Assembly: GCA_964475435.1 (NCBI GenBank)
Contig: CAYYWT010000005.1
Location: forward strand, 1-26,470
Source: an uncultured Eubacteriales bacterium
Lineage (GTDB): Bacteria; Bacillota; Clostridia; TANB77; RGIG9151
Direction: 5' to 3'
Length of the DNA: 26,470 nt
Of the stretch, positions 25,701 through 26,470 are shown in pieces (the stretch's first letter is position 1; every line of letters starts with the position of its first letter). The translations under genes and the position numbers were made by a program. Under the pieces are notes generated by a model that worked only from the letters and a program-made list of their open reading frames with translations, did not search any database and was not told the origin of the DNA.

Positions 25701-26470
25701 GAGGCTGTACCTGAGTAACTGTTACTCGTCTCATACACTGCATCGCCTTTTATACCACTCCATGCCGCATAGTTATTAGCTTGACTATCACTTGTTCCTA
25801 CTGGATACACATCTACATATTTAGTTCCGTAGTTACTATACGAATTTACTAAGCTACTCACATAACTAGTTACATTCTCATTGTTTACATATGCAGATAC
25901 GTATTCATATGCTCCACCAGACAAGTCATATATTCCATATACATTATGCGTTGTACTTGCTTTAACTCCACCTGTTGTATTCCAAGCGTTTGTTACTCCG
26001 GAAGCACTACTTGCATCTTGAGTTCCTCCTGCGTTTCCGGTTATATAACTACTACTATTATTTATATACGGTATTCGTCCTATTGCGTTAGTTAAATACG
26101 CTACTGCTCCCCATTCTACGTTTTTCATTAAATGCGAGTCTAAGTCTCTATTTAAGTTATATGAGTAATCAAACATATCGCTTACAATCAAACTTCTCCA
26201 AGAAATTACTCCGGGTTTAGAACTTACAGTTGTTCCACTACCGGCACTAGATGCTGTTGCATCATTACGGCTTGCCTCAAATTTTGCTACCCATATGCCT
26301 TTTAAATCTGTTGTCCCAAGTGTAAATGCCGGATGAGAAATATAGCTATCCGTTGTATAGTCGCTTGTTCCGTTACTGAATTTTATTTCTATTTTTCCTG
26401 TTTTATTTTCTCCACTGTCTGCGTTCCATGAGTCTACATCTTGATGGTATCCGTTTTCTTCTGTAATTCT
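25538..26470 (-). CDS. FGE-sulfatase/C-type-lectin-fold protein, partial (N-terminus beyond the window edge); candidate DGR target
   Basis: The frame stays open from 26470 to the TAG at 25538-25540. The track start at 26191 is an internal TTG. FGE-family landmarks: NVEWGAVAYL, NVYGIYDLSGGAYEYV, FLRGG...NRGFRPV. Confidence 0.8.
   Translation of the reverse strand, partial: RITEENGYHQDVDSWNADSGENKTGKIEIKFSNGTSDYTTDSYISHPAFTLGTTDLKGIWVAKFEASRNDATASSAGSGTTVSSKPGVISWRSLIVSDMFDYSYNLNRDLDSHLMKNVEWGAVAYLTNAIGRIPYINNSSSYITGNAGGTQDASSASGVTNAWNTTGGVKASTTHNVYGIYDLSGGAYEYVSAYVNNENVTSYVSSLVNSYSNYGTKYVDVYPVGTSDSQANNYAAWSGIKGDAVYETSNSYSGTASWDGDYSSAPYSRTPVFLRGGRCSSASGAGVFCFLSAGGNSIDNRGFRPVLAIR

Noticed and set aside
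25425-25743. ORFs 25425-25700 (-), 25443-25688 (+) and 25522-25743 (-) in the GC-rich block
   Set aside because: High G+C suppresses stop codons in every frame. Only the frame continuous with the upstream FGE-like domain gives a recognisable fold ending (RGG...GFR).
26189-26191. Track start codon of the 217-aa ORF
   Set aside because: It is an internal TTG. The same frame is open with no stop for the remaining 93 codons up to 26470 (RITEEENGYHQDVDSW...GIWVAKFEASR...), so the gene is truncated by the window edge.

Overview
Low-GC (about 30% G+C by eye) chromosomal segment from an endospore-forming Firmicute, Clostridia-like. Most genes are on the minus strand. Positions 1-19,200 are ordinary core genome: queA-tgt, rsmE, spoIIP, a cell-wall amidase, a Spo0A-like regulator, prfA, a ZIP/ABC metal-uptake cluster, an acyl-CoA ligase, spoIIR and rqcH. 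This part is interrupted by a few repeats. The right third (19.2-26.5 kb) looks accessory. It holds a 934-aa repeat-rich surface protein, a DUF234-type ATPase with degenerate Walker motifs, htrA, an 86-aa protein that is 26% cysteine, and a partial gene ending in an FGE/C-type-lectin-fold domain. The last ~50 codons of that partial gene, plus ~100 nt beyond its stop, form an abrupt ~59% G+C block that is adenine-depleted and rich in NNC codons, followed by a GC-stem/4-nt-loop hairpin. I read this block as the variable region of a diversity-generating retroelement (DGR) target. No template repeat, reverse transcriptase or Avd is in the window. I saw no rRNA, tRNA, CRISPR array, transposase or integrase. 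All product calls come from motif recognition by eye, with no database search.
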